From a virus: a DNA stretch of 64,000 bases. The stretch is from the IMG/VR virus record IMGVR_UViG_3300030049_000007. One strand, written 5' to 3'. Position numbers and translations under genes: made by a program. The notes beneath the pieces were generated by a model that saw only the letters and a program-made list of their open reading frames with translations, had not been told where the DNA came from and made no database searches. Below, in pieces: positions 23,909-34,870 of the stretch (position 1 is the first letter of the stretch; the number at the start of each line of letters is the position of its first letter).

Positions 23909-25931
23909 CACTACCATTAATGATGTAGGAACTTTTTTAAATCAAAAAGTAAACCCTATTACCGGAAGTAATCAGGCTACTAATACCATTCTTGAAGATG
24001 TAGAATCTACTCGTAAACCATTGAAAGATTTAACATTACCATCTTATTGCATGTATCCTAATAGTCCACGTCAGGATGATTTTAATTTTACTAAGGGGCT
24101 TGGACAAGTTAGTTTACAGCCAGTGATAGATCAATTAAATGCTTATAAGAATGCGGCTATCCAAGCTATTATAGCCCAATATAATGCTATGGGGCCAGAA
24201 AGTGCTAAAGATAAAAAATTATCTGCTGGTGCTTTGGAATTTTTAAATGATATTTATCAAGCTGCAAGATGTTTTACTTCTATTGTTACAAAAATTAATA
24301 AATTAGTAGATACATATATTCAAATTATAGATAAAATGATAGTAGATGTTATTGCAGAAATTAATAAAATAGAAGGTCAAATAACTACATTAGTTGGAAA
24401 TCTTAGAAAATTAAAAACAGATTTACTTACAGTCATCACAGTACAAACTTATGAGTTGTTAGAAAAAGCTACTGGTATAGCAGAATACATTCAGGCTTTA
24501 TCTCAAATTGAAATAGAGTTTAATGAAGCTAAACAAGCTACCTACACTTTGTCTAAAACTCCTGAACGTGTGATGTTAAATTTAGAAGTTAATATAACTC
24601 AATTAAGAAATCAGATAAATTCACTAAATTATTTTAATTCACTTAATAGTTCATTAAGTAATAGTTCTAGTACAGCAGCTAATTGTTATATGACTGATAA
24701 TTATTTAGATGATTTAAATAATTTACCATCAATTAATAATGCTGCTAGTTATAATTGGAGTATTACAAATTCATTAGCATTATCTGATTATAGTACAATT
24801 GATACTTTAAATATTATTCCAGCTTTAAATAAGATTTGTGCTCAATATACAGAACCTACTTCAACTTCTAATTTAGATACTATTTCTCAGCCATTATTAA
24901 TAGCTTCATCTGAGCAAGCTGGAACTATTGTAGTACCTGATTTAGAAACTGGATTGATTTCGGCAGGTCTAGATCCAGCAATTGGAACTAACTGCTCACT
25001 TATATTTGAATTATCAATTAATAATGGAGAAACTCTAATTAGAGCGATTGCAAGAGGCGATGTAGTTGATGCTACAGAAGAGTATATTCATCATAACGAT
25101 GGTGTGTATTACAGTAAAGGAATTGAAAAGTTTTCTTATAATAAGATAATAGTAAACTCTACTAATTCATGGGATCTTTACTTAACAGATACAACAACGA
25201 TGCCAAGTGTTGGAAGTTACTATTATTTCAACGACCCAATGACAACACAACCCTGGAATTTTTATTGGCAAAAAGATGGAGTCAACTATTATTTTCCAGT
25301 TTTATTCAAAGTAACTAATGTAACTCATAATTATATAACCGTAACTATGATGGATGGTAGTAATCTTGATATTACAGATTTTATTTCAGGAGCAGTATCA
25401 AGTGATTATTCCACATATAATCCTTATACATTACCAGGTAATATAGCTGATGCTTCTGGAGATTATATAATCTATGTAAAATTCCAAAGCCAAGAAGGTA
25501 CTTATGATTATGCCGTAGCTGATTCTAATAATAATCCAATTCTTGGTAGTAACGGTTATTATAAAACAGTTAGTGATTTAGGAACTTCAAATCCAGCAAA
25601 TGATGCGGCAGCTGCAACATGGTTTTATACTACTGGTGGAGTAACTTATTATATATTAAAAGATATTTTATATTCTGTAACAATGAATCAATACATAATG
25701 TCAGCAGGATCTGGAGATAATAGTCCTCACTCAGGAGATCAAATTCCTTGTAATAATTGGGCTCTTACAGTTTATCCAATAGGTGATCAGACTAGTATAA
25801 GAAAATTGAATTTCTCAGCAGTAGGACCAGGAACTCGAATCTATATGTTTTATCTTCGGGCTCATTGGGGCTTCGTGCCTACGACAACTTCAACATCTAG
25901 TTCAACAACTTCTACAACGTATAGTTCTTGA
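23889..25931 (+). CDS. Hypothetical virion protein (N-terminal coiled coil, beta-rich C-terminus)
   Basis: 680-aa ORF within the structural operon. Confidence 0.5.
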   Translation: MKTQEDNTTINDVGTFLNQKVNPITGSNQATNTILEDVESTRKPLKDLTLPSYCMYPNSPRQDDFNFTKGLGQVSLQPVIDQLNAYKNAAIQAIIAQYNAMGPESAKDKKLSAGALEFLNDIYQAARCFTSIVTKINKLVDTYIQIIDKMIVDVIAEINKIEGQITTLVGNLRKLKTDLLTVITVQTYELLEKATGIAEYIQALSQIEIEFNEAKQATYTLSKTPERVMLNLEVNITQLRNQINSLNYFNSLNSSLSNSSSTAANCYMTDNYLDDLNNLPSINNAASYNWSITNSLALSDYSTIDTLNIIPALNKICAQYTEPTSTSNLDTISQPLLIASSEQAGTIVVPDLETGLISAGLDPAIGTNCSLIFELSINNGETLIRAIARGDVVDATEEYIHHNDGVYYSKGIEKFSYNKIIVNSTNSWDLYLTDTTTMPSVGSYYYFNDPMTTQPWNFYWQKDGVNYYFPVLFKVTNVTHNYITVTMMDGSNLDITDFISGAVSSDYSTYNPYTLPGNIADASGDYIIYVKFQSQEGTYDYAVADSNNNPILGSNGYYKTVSDLGTSNPANDAAAATWFYTTGGVTYYILKDILYSVTMNQYIMSAGSGDNSPHSGDQIPCNNWALTVYPIGDQTSIRKLNFSAVGPGTRIYMFYLRAHWGFVPTTTSTSSSTTSTTYSS

Positions 25932-25956
25932 TTTTATTTTTTACGTATGATATAAT
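25928..25956 (+). promoter_or_regulatory. Sigma70-like promoter upstream of the tail chaperone
   Basis: TTGATT-N17-TATAAT with extended TG, then RBS GGAGG. Confidence 0.6.
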
Positions 25957-25973
25957 TAAATCTTGGAGGCGGT

Positions 25974-26480
25974 ATGTCAGAGGAAGTAAATAAAAAATCA
26001 GAAGAAGAATTAAATAAAGAAGAGTTTTATAAAATCAAGAACTTACAGGATGATCTTTTATATACTACAAATAGTGAAGAATTGACAGAAGTATTAGTGA
26101 GCATTCTTAGTACTGGTGCTTATACTAAAACATTCTCACTTTTTAAAGGAAAGATTGAATTAACTTACACTTCTATTACTGAACAAGAACGTATGAAGGG
26201 TTTTGGTTTAATTAGAATTAATGCTGATGAAAATATTGGTAAACAGTCACAGATTGAAGCTAATGCTTATAATTCTAAAGTAAATATGGCTTTACAATTA
26301 ATTCGTATTAAAGTAAATAATAATAAAACTGAATTAACTAAAGGTGATTTAAAAGAAAGAATTCAACTGTTAGAAGAAATGCCAGAAGAACAGTTAAAGT
26401 TAATTAATAAATACTTAATTGTATTTTCAAATATTACAAATAAAGCTTTTGAATCTGAGGAATATTTAAAAAACTCTTAG
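25974..26480 (+). CDS. Tail assembly chaperone (lambda gpG-like position)
   Basis: Lies just upstream of the tape measure and ends in the slippery T TTA AAA AAC. Confidence 0.7.
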   Translation: MSEEVNKKSEEELNKEEFYKIKNLQDDLLYTTNSEELTEVLVSILSTGAYTKTFSLFKGKIELTYTSITEQERMKGFGLIRINADENIGKQSQIEANAYNSKVNMALQLIRIKVNNNKTELTKGDLKERIQLLEEMPEEQLKLINKYLIVFSNITNKAFESEEYLKNS

Positions 26481-26845
26481 CGACCTCTAGAGGAGTTAGG
26501 CTAGCACTTTTAGCATCTAGGGGTCTTTTAGATTTTCATGTTCCAAAAGATTATACTTCACTTTTAACATATTTTAAAACGGTTGGAATAGATATAGAAA
26601 TAGAAGCTGATTTTTATAAAATGTTTGTAAGTTTACATGCAGTTACAAAAAATGATAAAGCTCTAGATGAAAATAGAGATAAATTATTTAAACTTTATTA
26701 TCCAGACATTAAAGATAGTAGATCATCATTAATGGAAGAAACTGCCAAGATGATTAAAACTGACGAGACTATTAAAATGGGAGTTATGGGTAATAAAGAA
26801 ATAGCAGCTTCAGCAGCTAGTTTATTATTAAATAAGGCTAAATAA
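25974..26845 (+). CDS. Frameshifted chaperone (gpGT-like) via -1 slip at 26465-26474; ORF 26621..26845 is its C-terminal part
   Basis: The -1 frame is open from 26471 to 26845; a 10-bp stem GACCTCTAGA/TCTAGGGGTC starts 7 nt after the heptamer. Confidence 0.8.
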
Positions 26846-26846
26846 T

Positions 26847-29672
26847 ATGCCAGATCCACAAATGCCATATGATGGTAATTATTCTGATTACCAGCAACAG
26901 CAACAACAAATGCAAATGCCACAAAGTAATATGGCATTTAATAATAATTATATGCAAAATAATTCGATGTTAATGAATATGGGGCAGAGTAATATTCAAG
27001 CCACTATGGCTACTGCCTCATATAATTTTCATCAGCATATGCAAGACGTTTTGCAAGGCACTATGGCTAGTGCTATGGCTATTTATAATACTGGTAGATC
27101 TGCTGTAGATAAATCTAGGGAAACGGTATATCAGGATCAGTTAATGGGTAATGGAATATTTGCCTTAGAACGTTCTACATGGCGTGATGTTGCATGGGGA
27201 ACCGGATTAGCTGGTTCTGATTTTGGTAGAGCATTAAAGATTGGTGGACGTAGACCAGAGTTTATGACTGGCGGCGAATATACTTATCAGATGAATAGAA
27301 GTTTTCAGCATAGAGTTGGAGAAATGCAAGATGAGTTAGTAAGTGGTGGTATGAGTGCTATTGGAATGGCGGCAGGTATGGCTATGCCATTTACTCCAGT
27401 AGGATTACTTGCAGGATATGCTATTGATCAAACTTTAGGTAAAATGATTCAGCCAACATTAGAACGTCATGCAGCCACAAGAGAAATGCGGCAATTTACA
27501 GAAATGGCTGATTTAAATCAGGGTGTTGGACAAAGAAGAATGGGAGAAGAATCTTCCGATATTCTTGCTTCTAGATTTTTTGAACATGATATATCTAATT
27601 TAAAATATATTCCTATTGTTGGAGATATGATTGCTGGACGTGTAGGTCCAGAGATTAAATATAAAGATACATTTAAAAAAATGGCACAATTTGATCTTAT
27701 GCGTGACATTAGTCCAGACGATGTAGATAAGATAACAGAAAGAGTTAAACAAACTGCTGAAGTAATGGATAAATTTGCAGGATTATTACATACCACTAGA
27801 GATAAGATAGTAGAAATAAAGGGTAAGTTTAACGCAATTGGAATGGGTGATGCACAACAAAATAGTGCTTTAGGTAATCTTGCAAAATTTACCACAACTA
27901 CAGGATATGATGTAGATTCAGCTTTAGCATTACAAGATAGTTTTACAGGAATGGGAAGACAAGGGAATTATTTTAGAACTGGATACGAAAATAGACAAGG
28001 TGCATTTGGATTAGCTGAAGTGGCATCTATTCAGTCATTACAGAATAGTGGTTTAATCTCTAAATCATTTGATGCTGGGACTTTAGGTCAATCGTTTTAT
28101 GCTAATGCGGTAAATCAATCACAAGATACTTGGCATAGAGCTACCGAATTTGGTAATGGTGATATAACTAAAACTGCTGATTATTATAGAGAAAGAGGTA
28201 ATGGAAATATTGTATTAGGTATGCAAATGGAAAGATTATCAATGTTTGGAAAAACTGGTGATCCTCTAGATGCATATAAAAAGAATATAGATATAACAAT
28301 TGAAACATTAATGAAAAAATCTCACATGACAAGACAAGCCGCTACCGCTTATATATTGCAAAGAGAAAAGACTCCAGAAGGTGCAGAACAGGCATTTGAA
28401 GCAATAAGTGGTATTAGTGATATAGGGAAAATAGGTTCTGAAATTAGTTATGTTAACAGATCTTTAGAAAGAGTTGCACCCGGAGATAAAATTAGATCTT
28501 ACAAAATAGGTGATGTATTTAATACATTATCAAAAATTCAATCAATGAATACTAGTGCTGGAAATGATTCTATTTTAGAAAATAATGCTAGAGCTAAATC
28601 TAGACTAGATGATGTTTTATTATCTACTGAAATAACTAGAGAGTCAGTTGGTGATCCTCTTTATTATGGAAATAGAAAAGCAAATAGAGATTCTGATATT
28701 AAAAAATTAATGCAACAACAATATTTAATAGATGCTGGTGGTGGAGATGGTTCTGTTAATGAGAAAAAGGTAATTCAGGCAATTAGAGAAGCTGGTTATG
28801 CAGCTACCGATGAACAGGCTCAATTAATTATTAAACAATATGAAAGACATTCTGAATCAAGTCAACATAGATTTAATAATACTGCATTTAGTAATATTGG
28901 TAATAATATGATTGATTTTTTAAATCAATATAATAGAATGGATCGAATTAAATTACAGGGTAGTAAATTAAATGAATATAATAAGTTGTTTGGACAAAAT
29001 ATTAATGTAAATAAATTAGAAGAAATAAAAACACAATTAGATGCAACTAGCGATCCAAAAATAAAAAATGCAATTTTAAGAAAAAATGGCTTTGCCCCTT
29101 CTAGAATTGATGATAATGGTTCTGAAATATTTTCTGATACTCAAGAATCAAATACCGTAGGTATGATGGCCTTTATGGATAAATATAAAGGAATGCATGG
29201 ATACAACGAAAATGATGTAAAAGTATTTAACGATTTGAATTCTATGTATGGTACAATGGCCATTAAAGATAAATCTGTTCTTAAAGATTTAGGAATAGGA
29301 TCAAGTAAAGAATATCAAAAACAATTTAGATCTGCCGCTAATGATTTAAATGGATTATTTAATAAAGGTGATTTAAGTAAAAACGTCACACCAGAAAAAA
29401 CAGAAAGATTAGGAAAAGAATTAGCTTTAATTACCTCTACCAGTTTAGAAACTGGTAAAAGAATGGCTGAATTTTTAGAGAATACGGCTAATGCAGATGA
29501 GGCTAAAACTTTTATGCAACATGTTGCTCAGCAAGATTTTGGAGTATTATCAAAGGCTGCTGAAAGTTTTGCTGCAAATGGAAAATTAAATATGAGTAAT
29601 GATCCACAGACCCAAGCTATTACAGAATTTACGGAAGTATGTAAGGCTTTAACTAAAGTATTAACTAAATGA
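26847..29672 (+). CDS. Putative tail tape measure protein
   Basis: 941 aa, helical A/G/M-rich with a hydrophobic glycine segment; follows the frameshifted chaperone and precedes the transglycosylase. Confidence 0.7.
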   Translation: MPDPQMPYDGNYSDYQQQQQQMQMPQSNMAFNNNYMQNNSMLMNMGQSNIQATMATASYNFHQHMQDVLQGTMASAMAIYNTGRSAVDKSRETVYQDQLMGNGIFALERSTWRDVAWGTGLAGSDFGRALKIGGRRPEFMTGGEYTYQMNRSFQHRVGEMQDELVSGGMSAIGMAAGMAMPFTPVGLLAGYAIDQTLGKMIQPTLERHAATREMRQFTEMADLNQGVGQRRMGEESSDILASRFFEHDISNLKYIPIVGDMIAGRVGPEIKYKDTFKKMAQFDLMRDISPDDVDKITERVKQTAEVMDKFAGLLHTTRDKIVEIKGKFNAIGMGDAQQNSALGNLAKFTTTTGYDVDSALALQDSFTGMGRQGNYFRTGYENRQGAFGLAEVASIQSLQNSGLISKSFDAGTLGQSFYANAVNQSQDTWHRATEFGNGDITKTADYYRERGNGNIVLGMQMERLSMFGKTGDPLDAYKKNIDITIETLMKKSHMTRQAATAYILQREKTPEGAEQAFEAISGISDIGKIGSEISYVNRSLERVAPGDKIRSYKIGDVFNTLSKIQSMNTSAGNDSILENNARAKSRLDDVLLSTEITRESVGDPLYYGNRKANRDSDIKKLMQQQYLIDAGGGDGSVNEKKVIQAIREAGYAATDEQAQLIIKQYERHSESSQHRFNNTAFSNIGNNMIDFLNQYNRMDRIKLQGSKLNEYNKLFGQNINVNKLEEIKTQLDATSDPKIKNAILRKNGFAPSRIDDNGSEIFSDTQESNTVGMMAFMDKYKGMHGYNENDVKVFNDLNSMYGTMAIKDKSVLKDLGIGSSKEYQKQFRSAANDLNGLFNKGDLSKNVTPEKTERLGKELALITSTSLETGKRMAEFLENTANADEAKTFMQHVAQQDFGVLSKAAESFAANGKLNMSNDPQTQAITEFTEVCKALTKVLTK

Positions 29673-30415
29673 TAAATATTCCTGCCAATGTAGCAATAGC
29701 AATTCACAATGCTTCAGTTAAAACTGGAGTGGATGAAAAAATTCTTTTAGCTATTGCTAAAAATGAATCAAATTTTGCTCAGTGGGGAAATAATAAAAGT
29801 CATAAATCATCAACTGGCGTTGAAGGTTTATTTCAAATTACTCACAAAACTTGGTATGGTATAAGAGGCAAGGCAGTTCCATATAGTACAGATTTTAATG
29901 AACAAGCTTATACAGAAGCTTTATTAATTAAAAGATTAATGCAGAAATATAACAATAATATGTATTTAGTAACAATAGCACTAGATGCTGGAGAAGGTGT
30001 TTCTAATTTTATTCAAAAATGGGGAAATGCCGTTGGCAATAATATAGCTATTAAAAAAGCGGTAGAATATTATAAAGATATAGAAGCTGGATTTGGTGAT
30101 GGAAAAGTAAAAGAAATTATAGATTATCCAACCAAATTTGCAAAATCACTAGAAGCTGTGGGTGGTCCAAAAAATTTAACTACTTCATTAAATAATAACA
30201 ACGATACCTCTTCAGACAATACCAATTGGTATGATGTAAGCACAAATAAAGACAATAAATTACTTACAGATAAGATTAATGATAAAAATCCTTTTATAAT
30301 AAATTTATTTACAGCAAATTTATCTGGCGTAGAGGATTTACATAAAATAACACCAGAAACTATAAAAAATAGTACATTAATTTCTAGAATAAGAAAAGGA
30401 TTGGCTAAATCATGA
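29669..30415 (+). CDS. Lytic transglycosylase (SLT domain), tail-associated
   Basis: LLAIAKNESNF (catalytic Glu), GLFQIT..TW, ALDAGEG. Confidence 0.85.
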   Translation: MINIPANVAIAIHNASVKTGVDEKILLAIAKNESNFAQWGNNKSHKSSTGVEGLFQITHKTWYGIRGKAVPYSTDFNEQAYTEALLIKRLMQKYNNNMYLVTIALDAGEGVSNFIQKWGNAVGNNIAIKKAVEYYKDIEAGFGDGKVKEIIDYPTKFAKSLEAVGGPKNLTTSLNNNNDTSSDNTNWYDVSTNKDNKLLTDKINDKNPFIINLFTANLSGVEDLHKITPETIKNSTLISRIRKGLAKS

Positions 30416-31365
30416 CTTCTACGAATACTGCTAATACCAATGGATTAGGAAATGTATATACTAGTACTTATGAAAGTTTAGGAACTGATGTATCTAGTGC
30501 ATTAAGTACATCTTCTTCAGTGTCAGCAGTATCAACCGCAATAGACACATCATCTTCAACAACTAGTAGTTCATCTATATCAACTATAGATACTGCCGTA
30601 AGTGATACAGTTGTGGCTTCTACGGCTTCTACTAGTTCAATCACTACAGTTCCAACTTCAGGAAGTACAACAGTAACAGATTCTACAACAGGAACTTCAT
30701 ATGAAGTAAGTACTACTAATGGTTTATCTACTTTACAAGAAATTGCAAATGCTGGACAATTTTATTCTGGCTATTCTGCAATTTCCGATACCACAGTTAC
30801 TTCAGATAATACAGATTACTTAGATTATCTAAATAGATATTCATCTATCGATGCTAAGTTTTATAGAGAAAATGGATCTGATATTGCATTTATGAGAATT
30901 ATTACAAATGATACAAATAGAACTGTAATATTTCCAGTATTAACAACTTTAGTTCCAGGTATTACTGCTAATAAATTCAAACAATTTATAGTTTCTCAAT
31001 TTTCAATTTCTCATAAAGAAAGAATGCAATTAGTAGAAACTAATTCAGACTATCAAGCATTGTTTTTTGGTAAGAAACCTGAGATACTACAAATTGTAGG
31101 AATTCTCAAAAATACAGTTGACAACCCCTGGACTGTAAATATGATCTTTTTCTGGGATAATTTAATGCGGGGAACTACATTAGTAGAAAATGGTTATATC
31201 TGTCAGTTATTTATTGATGGAGAATTGTTTGAAGGATACCCATTTAACTTTGACCGTACTAAAGTTGCTGGTAATGACAATATTACTAATTTTATATTTG
31301 GTTTTCTAGTTAAAACTAGGACTACAGTTACTAAATATGGTGGTACAATAAATGCAGCAAGTTAA
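30412..31365 (+). CDS. Putative tail tube-initiator/baseplate protein with Ser/Thr-rich N-terminus
   Basis: Position; KERMQLVET...FFGKKPEILQIVGILKN resembles tube-fold proteins. Confidence 0.4.
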   Translation: MTSTNTANTNGLGNVYTSTYESLGTDVSSALSTSSSVSAVSTAIDTSSSTTSSSSISTIDTAVSDTVVASTASTSSITTVPTSGSTTVTDSTTGTSYEVSTTNGLSTLQEIANAGQFYSGYSAISDTTVTSDNTDYLDYLNRYSSIDAKFYRENGSDIAFMRIITNDTNRTVIFPVLTTLVPGITANKFKQFIVSQFSISHKERMQLVETNSDYQALFFGKKPEILQIVGILKNTVDNPWTVNMIFFWDNLMRGTTLVENGYICQLFIDGELFEGYPFNFDRTKVAGNDNITNFIFGFLVKTRTTVTKYGGTINAAS

Positions 31366-31593
31366 TTTAGGTGATCAAGTTATATTAAAACCAATTAATA
31401 TGCACGGTCTAGTAACTGGTGGTGGAATGGTCGTCTATTTTAAAAAATGGATGGGACATTGCTTGCTATGTTCTATGGCTTACCCAGATATTAATAATGC
31501 TAATTTTTTAGTTGACTGGTATCAAATTAGAACAATAATAGATCATATAACAAATGAAACAATTTATCAGCATGATGTGGCGGATAATTTATA

Positions 31594-33645
31594 ATGAGTC
31601 AATCTTTTGTATATAGAAATTATTTGTACTTGGCTGGTATAAAAGTACCTTTTATTACTGCGTCAGTATCTAGTAGTTTTGGCTCATTAGCAAGTTTAAA
31701 TATAGAATTAAATTATTCACCTTACATTAATCATATTCATAAATATACCAAGATCCAATTTTGGGAACAGAAAATAGATGATAAAGGTGCAGTATATAAT
31801 CCTACATTAGAATTTGATGGTGTAGTAATTGGTATTGTAAGAAGTAAAAATGTTTTAGGAAATGTGTCTTGTAGATTAACTTGTTTAACAGATGGTGTAA
31901 TTTGGAATCAACGTAAACAATATAATTATTATCTTGATCAAATTGCCAATACGGACATTAGATTAACTGATGATATTTTGAATTTACGTGCAGATGGTAA
32001 AATTGATCCATACATTCCTAGTTTGATAGAAGAAAATAAATTTGATGTAGGTTGTGCAGTTGCAGCAATATTAACATCAGATACTAATTGTACTAAAGGT
32101 GCAGATAGTGAGCAGACATTAGTTAAACTTTCTTATAATTATATCTATAATGGTAAAAAATATTATAAGAATTTAACTAGTGATACCACTACAACGGGAT
32201 CATCTAGTTTACCTACTTATTATAAAAAGTTTTTAGAGACCTATTATTTATCTAATAAATTATATGGTGTATCAACTGCACAGAACGTAAAAGATTTTTT
32301 CAATACTGATAGATCATTAAATTTAATTACCGATAATATGGTAAATGATCTTATTGGAGAAAATACTTTTTGGAATATAGCAAATGCAGTAATGCAATAT
32401 GGTTTTTATAGTGTTTATGATATTCCTAATCCAACCTATATACAGAAATCTTCTGGCACAACTACCAATACTGAATTAAACTTTTCTAGTGATGGATCTT
32501 CAATTCCAGCTAAAATTACACCAACTTCTAAAGTTCAATTTAATGGATTAGCTGAATATATTTTAAAACCAGTTTCGGTTTTAGGTTTACCGTTAAAATG
32601 TAATATTATCTGGCCAAATCAAGTTCTTGATGAAACTTTATTTACAGATATGCTTAATGCTCCAACTCGAATATTATTGCAGAAATCAGGATTGCCAGCA
32701 GATGATCATTTAAATGTATTATTAACTACTACCAAAATTGCTGGTCCTTATATTCCTAACTGTACAGGATTTTTTAGTTCATTAACCCCTCCTACGCAGC
32801 AAGATACTTTAACTAGAGCTTCTACTATGTATTCAGATTATGAAACTGAATATGGAATGAATTATACTGAATTAAGTTTATCATATGCATTTGAAACTTC
32901 ATTACTTGAAGATGTAGATAAAGCTAAACAAGCAACGGCAACTAATTTACAGGATGCATCATCACGAATTAATAGTTTTCTTAATTACGAATTTGCTCAG
33001 AGATTCTTTGCATCACGTACTTATTCTATTCAAGTAACTCCAGATGTTGATGTAGTACCAGGACTTCCAGTAATTGTATTAAATCAAAATCAAGAACATA
33101 TTATTTGTTTCTGTACTGGTAAATCTAAACAATGGGATGCTAGAGGAAATAAATCTGTTGGACTTCAAGTAGCTTATCCAAGATATTATTATGAAAATAT
33201 TGATAAATTAGGTAATATAGTTGACCCAACATCTACTAATTTATTAGCTATTCAAGAATTGGAATTATTATTTGGCTCTAAAGCTTTAATTAGAACTGGC
33301 CAATCTGCTAATAGTACTCCAGTCGTTAATATAAATTCAGATACATTAAGAGCAATGATTAATATTTTATATACAGAATATATTTCTGGAAGTATTACAT
33401 ATTCTGATTATATGAGAAATGTTTGTAGTTATGCTAATTGGCTAGAATTATATGGAGCATCTACTTCAGATGAAGTAAATATGCCAGATAGTTATCCAAA
33501 TAAAACAGTATTTGCCTCAACTCCAAATGGAAATGATTTAAGTATTAATACATTTTACGTAAATCAAGTTGAACAGGCTAATTTACCAAATCAAGATATT
33601 ATTCAAAAACATCTAGACTGGATTTCTACAGGACAACGTATATGA
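31594..33645 (+). CDS. Putative baseplate hub protein
   Basis: LYLAGIKVPF..ASVS, EFDGVVIG, and C-terminal PDVDVVPGLPVIVL; position after the transglycosylase. Confidence 0.5.
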   Translation: MSQSFVYRNYLYLAGIKVPFITASVSSSFGSLASLNIELNYSPYINHIHKYTKIQFWEQKIDDKGAVYNPTLEFDGVVIGIVRSKNVLGNVSCRLTCLTDGVIWNQRKQYNYYLDQIANTDIRLTDDILNLRADGKIDPYIPSLIEENKFDVGCAVAAILTSDTNCTKGADSEQTLVKLSYNYIYNGKKYYKNLTSDTTTTGSSSLPTYYKKFLETYYLSNKLYGVSTAQNVKDFFNTDRSLNLITDNMVNDLIGENTFWNIANAVMQYGFYSVYDIPNPTYIQKSSGTTTNTELNFSSDGSSIPAKITPTSKVQFNGLAEYILKPVSVLGLPLKCNIIWPNQVLDETLFTDMLNAPTRILLQKSGLPADDHLNVLLTTTKIAGPYIPNCTGFFSSLTPPTQQDTLTRASTMYSDYETEYGMNYTELSLSYAFETSLLEDVDKAKQATATNLQDASSRINSFLNYEFAQRFFASRTYSIQVTPDVDVVPGLPVIVLNQNQEHIICFCTGKSKQWDARGNKSVGLQVAYPRYYYENIDKLGNIVDPTSTNLLAIQELELLFGSKALIRTGQSANSTPVVNINSDTLRAMINILYTEYISGSITYSDYMRNVCSYANWLELYGASTSDEVNMPDSYPNKTVFASTPNGNDLSINTFYVNQVEQANLPNQDIIQKHLDWISTGQRI

Positions 33646-34523
33646 GTCTGATTAAATTAGCAACTAATAAAATGACTGCACTAATGCAAGTTGGAAAATT
33701 AAGTAAAAATGCTATTCATTCTATTAATTGGCGTCCTGCTGAACAAATTGCTGGTGGATTAGAAAGAGGCAATATTAATTTAGCTAAGAGATATGGCACT
33801 ATTATAAATCCAACAAATAGTTATAAATTAGGTAAAACATTTATGCATAGAGTTATAAATAATCAACCTTTAACTTTATTAGAGAAAATTCGATATAAAA
33901 ATCCATTACAATATTTTATTAATGGAATTGAATTAAAATCAAAATATCGTAATAGTCCCGGATCTTCAATGAGAACGGGGTTTATATTTTCCAATCCAAA
34001 AGCCATAAACAAAATTATGACTCATTCAGATGACAGAATTACTAATGCTTTAGTTAATAGACATGAACTACATGAGATGTCTGAAATGAGTCATATAAAG
34101 GATAATTTACCGCGACATGCTTTCTATATAAGTTTAAAAAATAAAGATACAAAAAAAGCTATAGGAATGGGTAGTCATGCAAATCCAACAGTTATAATGA
34201 AAGAAAATAATGATATAGTAAGATTAAAACCATATGAACAAGTAAGACAAAATTTTCTTGGATTAAGACATAGTTCTTTAGAAGATATTGCTTACAATAA
34301 TTTATTTAATCATAATTATGGAGAAACTAAAATATCTTCTAAGAGATTTAAAACTGGAAGAACGGAAGTAGTTAAATATCATCCAGTCGCTACCCCTCCT
34401 AATCCAAAATATGTAAAAGAAATATCTTCTATAGAATGGAATAAATTAATATCAAGACGAAGAGATTATTTAGCATCGGAAGGTGTTAATTTAAATTCCA
34501 ATAAAGTTGTGAGAGAAATATGA
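33642..34523 (+). CDS. Basic protein with MSLIKLA N-terminus and HELHE motif (putative head cargo)
   Basis: Shared N-terminal tag; NRHELHE...GSHANP..E possible metal site. Confidence 0.5.
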   Translation: MSLIKLATNKMTALMQVGKLSKNAIHSINWRPAEQIAGGLERGNINLAKRYGTIINPTNSYKLGKTFMHRVINNQPLTLLEKIRYKNPLQYFINGIELKSKYRNSPGSSMRTGFIFSNPKAINKIMTHSDDRITNALVNRHELHEMSEMSHIKDNLPRHAFYISLKNKDTKKAIGMGSHANPTVIMKENNDIVRLKPYEQVRQNFLGLRHSSLEDIAYNNLFNHNYGETKISSKRFKTGRTEVVKYHPVATPPNPKYVKEISSIEWNKLISRRRDYLASEGVNLNSNKVVREI

Positions 34524-34870
34524 TAACGTTAACAGCTAATTCTATGGTATATGCAGGTTATGTAGTATCATTATCTTTAGCTGCCGATGCTAGAGTGGAG
34601 TTAACTGATTGGAATAATTATCAATCTGTTTCAAATGTATTGGGTATAGCAACTAATTCAGGTGGTGAAGGTATAGCAATCGTAGTTCAAACAGATGGCA
34701 TATATCAGAACCCCACCTGGAATTTACAACGTGGCTATCCAGTATTTGCATTTTCTATGGGTACAATTACCCAAGATGTATTACCTAAAAATAGCATTCA
34801 AGTTGGAAAAGCTATTTCTTCTAATCAAATTTTAATTAGAATATCTGAATTTATTATGGTGTCTCAATGA
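34520..34870 (+). CDS. DUF2190-like small beta-domain structural protein
   Basis: VLGIATNSG..G..I.VQTDG...W.L..G.PVF....G.ITQ..P....QVGKAIS. Confidence 0.55.
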   Translation: MITLTANSMVYAGYVVSLSLAADARVELTDWNNYQSVSNVLGIATNSGGEGIAIVVQTDGIYQNPTWNLQRGYPVFAFSMGTITQDVLPKNSIQVGKAISSNQILIRISEFIMVSQ

